Source of the DNA: Rebecca billardiae RCC1528
Taxonomy: Eukaryota > Protista > Haptophyta
DNA: 64,000 bases
Assembly (NCBI GenBank): GCA_965240325.2
Contig: OZ251226.1
Location: 2,852,001 to 2,916,000, forward strand
Direction: 5' to 3'
Shown: positions 61,204 to 64,000 of the stretch, in pieces
Position numbering within the stretch: the first letter of the stretch is position 1
Layout: each line of letters opens with the position of its first letter
The notes under the pieces: generated by a model
What the model was told of the DNA's origin: nothing
Databases searched by the model: none
The model's input: only the letters and a program-made list of their open reading frames with translations
Program-made: the position numbers and the translations under genes

Positions 61204-62582
61204 TACCAGGCCGAGTAACTAGGCGCGGCGGCTCGGCGCGGCTGCAGTCTGAGCGGGCAGCTCGCTTCCATCTGCAGGAACATGTGGCACCCCAGGCTGC
61301 ACGGACAGCCGCTGGTGGCAGCACGCCGGCTGATGGCTGCGGCTGCTCGCGCAGCTGACGATGCCGGCGGTGCGTCGTCAAACGACGCGGCGGCCTCCGA
61401 CAACGGCCTGCCTCCGCTGCCTGCTCGCGGATGCGCCCGCGGTGACGCTGCGAGCTCTGGCGGCGGATGCACGCAGTCTCCGCCCGCTGATCGCCTCGCG
61501 CCTGCAGAGCCGTTCAGCCCGAGCTGCGCCCCGGGCGCCACGATGGTCGTGCCGTGCACGTAAGCCAGGCACATCTCCTCGTGGAAGTGATTCTCCCCGA
61601 CAAAGGTGGGCTGCGTGCGGCCGGTGGTGTTGAACGTGCACGTGACCCGCATGCCATCGCCGTGGCGCACCAGCACAGGCGGCTTGTACGTTTTCCGCCA
61701 GAACTCCCGTGACAGCGCGACGGGCTTGCCACTCGGCGGCACGATCTCGGTGAGCGCGGCGACGCCGCGCGCGTGCACGTGATGGCTCATCGCAATGATG
61801 GCGAACGCGTCCGCGCGCAGGCTGCGGAGCACACACGTGATGCACGACGCCGGGCAGTCGAAGCGCAGGTCGAAGCGCGGCTCGCCAGGCGGGATCTTCA
61901 TCCGCGGATGGCCCGGGGTCGCGGAGTGGAGGATGGCGGTCGTGCCGATAGCCACGTGCGAGAGGATGAGGGGCGGTGTCCGTTGTGGGCGCGCCCCTGC
62001 CTGCGCGGTGCGCTTCCTGCCTGCTGTGTGGGCAGGCGCGAGCACGAGCTCCACGCCTGACTGATCGGTGAATTGCCTGGGGAGCCCATCGGCGGTGAAC
62101 TGCCTGGGGACCCCATCGGCGGGCTTGAAGTGCACCTCAAGCATCACGGTGCGCGGGAGCGCGTCCGCAAACCCGGCGGGATAACGAACTGGGTAGCCGT
62201 CAAACCAGTGCTCCGGGCAGTGCTCCGGCTTGCGTCGGTCGGCCTTGCAGGGGAAGGGTTCGCCAATTGCGCCGTGCGCGCGCTCGTCGTCGTCGCATGA
62301 ACGGATGAGGATGTGGTGGATGTTCTTTGCGTTCCCGGGCGACGCGATGAGCCGAAATCGCCGCACGACGGGTGCTGGCTCGCCTGCGGGCACGACCATT
62401 CTGAGGATGGTACACATGTACACGTCCTGCCCAGGTACCACCGTCATCTCGAACGGGCGAGGGGGCACGACACGAAGCATGGTGGTACCGCGCGTCGCCG
62501 ATGCAACCAGCTCGCCCGGCGAGGCCATGACGGCCGCCAGCCAGCACGAGATCGTCGCGCCACCACCGATGCTCGCCGCCAT
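60798..62582 (-). CDS. Copper type II ascorbate-dependent monooxygenase (PHM/DBH-like); true 3' end uncertain
   Basis: DVYMC, NIHHILI (CuH), MLEVHF, DQSGV, HHVHARG and EEMC (CuM), GDGMRVTCTFNT. Confidence 0.85.
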   Translation of the reverse strand: MAASIGGGATISCWLAAVMASPGELVASATRGTTMLRVVPPRPFEMTVVPGQDVYMCTILRMVVPAGEPAPVVRRFRLIASPGNAKNIHHILIRSCDDDERAHGAIGEPFPCKADRRKPEHCPEHWFDGYPVRYPAGFADALPRTVMLEVHFKPADGVPRQFTADGLPRQFTDQSGVELVLAPAHTAGRKRTAQAGARPQRTPPLILSHVAIGTTAILHSATPGHPRMKIPPGEPRFDLRFDCPASCITCVLRSLRADAFAIIAMSHHVHARGVAALTEIVPPSGKPVALSREFWRKTYKPPVLVRHGDGMRVTCTFNTTGRTQPTFVGENHFHEEMCLAYVHGTTIVAPGAQLGLNGSAGARRSAGGDCVHPPPELAASPRAHPRAGSGGRPLSEAAASFDDAPPASSAARAAAAISRRAATSGCPCSLGCHMFLQMEASCPLRLQPRRAAAPSYSAWYPYAPCGSMWFQALCGLAADAAEGRRRDARRCTSCPRADRLAPAGRRSTRPSRRVRAVARGAGRGGGAWYIDAIVLDRFFFFRAVLPVKKQAGENSVGAVVFWGFLRVLAVYCLRAAAAHCHECVGDQTVTHRSV

Positions 62583-62623
62583 GCTTCGGCTCGGGCGGCG
62601 GCTGAAGGGCGGGCGGAAAAAGC

Positions 62624-64000
62624 ATGACTGCGCCACGCCAGAGCTCACGCCTGCTCTTGCCGGCGCTAAGTGCCGTCGCAATGCTGGGCAGCGCTGGTCT
62701 CGAGCTCGCCGTGCCATGCCTACCGTCCATGAGACGCGCCTTTCACGCGTCGATCGCTGACGTGCAGCTGACCGTCGCCTCCTACGCCGCCAGCTTTTCG
62801 CTCGGAACGCTGCTGGGCGGTTTCCTCGCAGACGGCTTGGGCGCGCGTCTCGTGCTGCTCTTTGGCGTCGGCAGCTTCTGTGTCGCGAGCGTCGCCCTCA
62901 TCAGTGCGGAGCAACTTGGACACGTGATCGCCGTGCGCGCCGCTCAGGGCGGCGCGATCGGCATGGCGAGCGTCTGCACGCAGGTGCTCGCTGCCGCCTC
63001 GTACGTTGAGCCGACCGCGTTTGCGAGAGCCTCCGGTCGGTTGCAGGTGGCGCGGCAGGTGTCAAGCACGCTGTCTCCCGCGGTGGGCGCCTACCTTGAA
63101 GATTTCTTCGGCTGGCGTAGCACGAGCATCGGCATGCTGGCCGCAGGTCTAGCCGGGCTCGTGCTCTCCCTGCTCGCACCGCTTGGGAGCCCCGGCAGCG
63201 CGGATCGAGCAGACGACCGAGGCTGTGCGCAGCAGGAGACGGCGGAGGCGACCGCCATCGCTCCTCCTGAGCTGCTCGCATCGCTGGCACGGCGTGCGTT
63301 TGCAGGCTGTGCGCACGCGCGTCTGCTGCTCGCCAGCTCCCGCCTCACAGGCCTTGTTGGCGCAGAGGCTGCCTCCTTCAGTGCGCAGAACCTGATCTTT
63401 GTGACGGCGCCACACTTCCTGCGCGGGACTGCAGCGGGGCTCTCGACGGGCGAGTTCGCGCTGGCTTACGCTTTGATTGTCTTCGCCTCCGTGTCCGCGT
63501 CTGAGGCCTTCCACCGGCTGATGCGTGCAGGCTCGTCGCCGGTCGACAATGCGCTCCGGGGCGCGGCTGCACAGCTCTGCGGCGCGGCCGCGCTTCTAGC
63601 AGCGTCTTTTGCGCCAGCGGACGCCTCGCCGTGGCTCGCCATCATTGCGCCTGCGGCTCTGCTCTCTGCGGGCCGTGGTCTCGTGGCCGTGCACACTGCG
63701 ACTGCCGTGACCAACGCCGCCCCAGGCCTCACGGGCGCCGCCGTCGGCCTCATGTTCTGCATGCGAAACCTGACTTTGAGCGCAGTCATCGCGCTCACAG
63801 GTGCCACGTACACGCATGCGCCGCCCGATCGTGTGGCGACAGCGATGTCGGATGCGGCAGGGGCGGTCTCCAGGGCCGAGCGTCCCCCATTGTGGCCGCT
63901 GGCGTGCATTGTCGCCGCACTGGAGCTTTGCAGCCTGGCCGGCCTCGTTCGAGCTGCAGCTGGTCCGCCTGCAGCCACTGCTGCCGTTGGAACGGCGGAT
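62624..64000 (+). CDS. MFS transporter (DHA1/Bcr-CflA-like); runs off the window end and is absent from the ORF track
   Basis: AVPCLPSMRRAFHASIADVQLTVASY, GFLADGLGARLVLLFG (motif A), VRAAQG, SPAVGAYLEDFFGWRS. Confidence 0.88.
   Translation, partial: MTAPRQSSRLLLPALSAVAMLGSAGLELAVPCLPSMRRAFHASIADVQLTVASYAASFSLGTLLGGFLADGLGARLVLLFGVGSFCVASVALISAEQLGHVIAVRAAQGGAIGMASVCTQVLAAASYVEPTAFARASGRLQVARQVSSTLSPAVGAYLEDFFGWRSTSIGMLAAGLAGLVLSLLAPLGSPGSADRADDRGCAQQETAEATAIAPPELLASLARRAFAGCAHARLLLASSRLTGLVGAEAASFSAQNLIFVTAPHFLRGTAAGLSTGEFALAYALIVFASVSASEAFHRLMRAGSSPVDNALRGAAAQLCGAAALLAASFAPADASPWLAIIAPAALLSAGRGLVAVHTATAVTNAAPGLTGAAVGLMFCMRNLTLSAVIALTGATYTHAPPDRVATAMSDAAGAVSRAERPPLWPLACIVAALELCSLAGLVRAAAGPPAATAAVGTAD

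Overview
Very GC-rich, intron-containing eukaryotic nuclear DNA. Short GC-rich GT-AG introns with mostly GTGCG donors and strong GC3 bias suggest a haptophyte such as a Pavlovales alga (inference, not verified). There are about 20 host genes, often in tight head-to-head pairs: the 3' part of an axonemal dynein heavy chain, two sulfotransferase-like P-loop proteins, a chromo/Agenet protein, a Nudix hydrolase, a MYST acetyltransferase, a PUB-UIM-Zn-finger calpain, NRS/ER rhamnose epimerase-reductase, a MATE transporter, a DEK-C/CHZ histone chaperone, an ankyrin-HET protein, a nucleolin-like RRM protein, an FtsJ-like methyltransferase, a CC1-box coiled-coil protein, a secreted ATP-grasp protein, a Cu monooxygenase and an MFS transporter. 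The intergenic DNA holds many mobile-element structures not visible in the ORF track. The most notable is a gag-like-ORF-only element with split direct repeats (A1-ORF-B1-A2-B2, PAT/Ngaro/TOC1-type architecture) nested in a TA-flanked TIR transposon. Others are a decayed DEDD-exonuclease/piggyBac-like element, several TIR elements, a tRNA-derived SINE, a 113-bp nested palindrome, and a duplicated segment whose 50-bp tail is inverted between copies. All exon boundaries and protein family calls were made by eye, without database searches.
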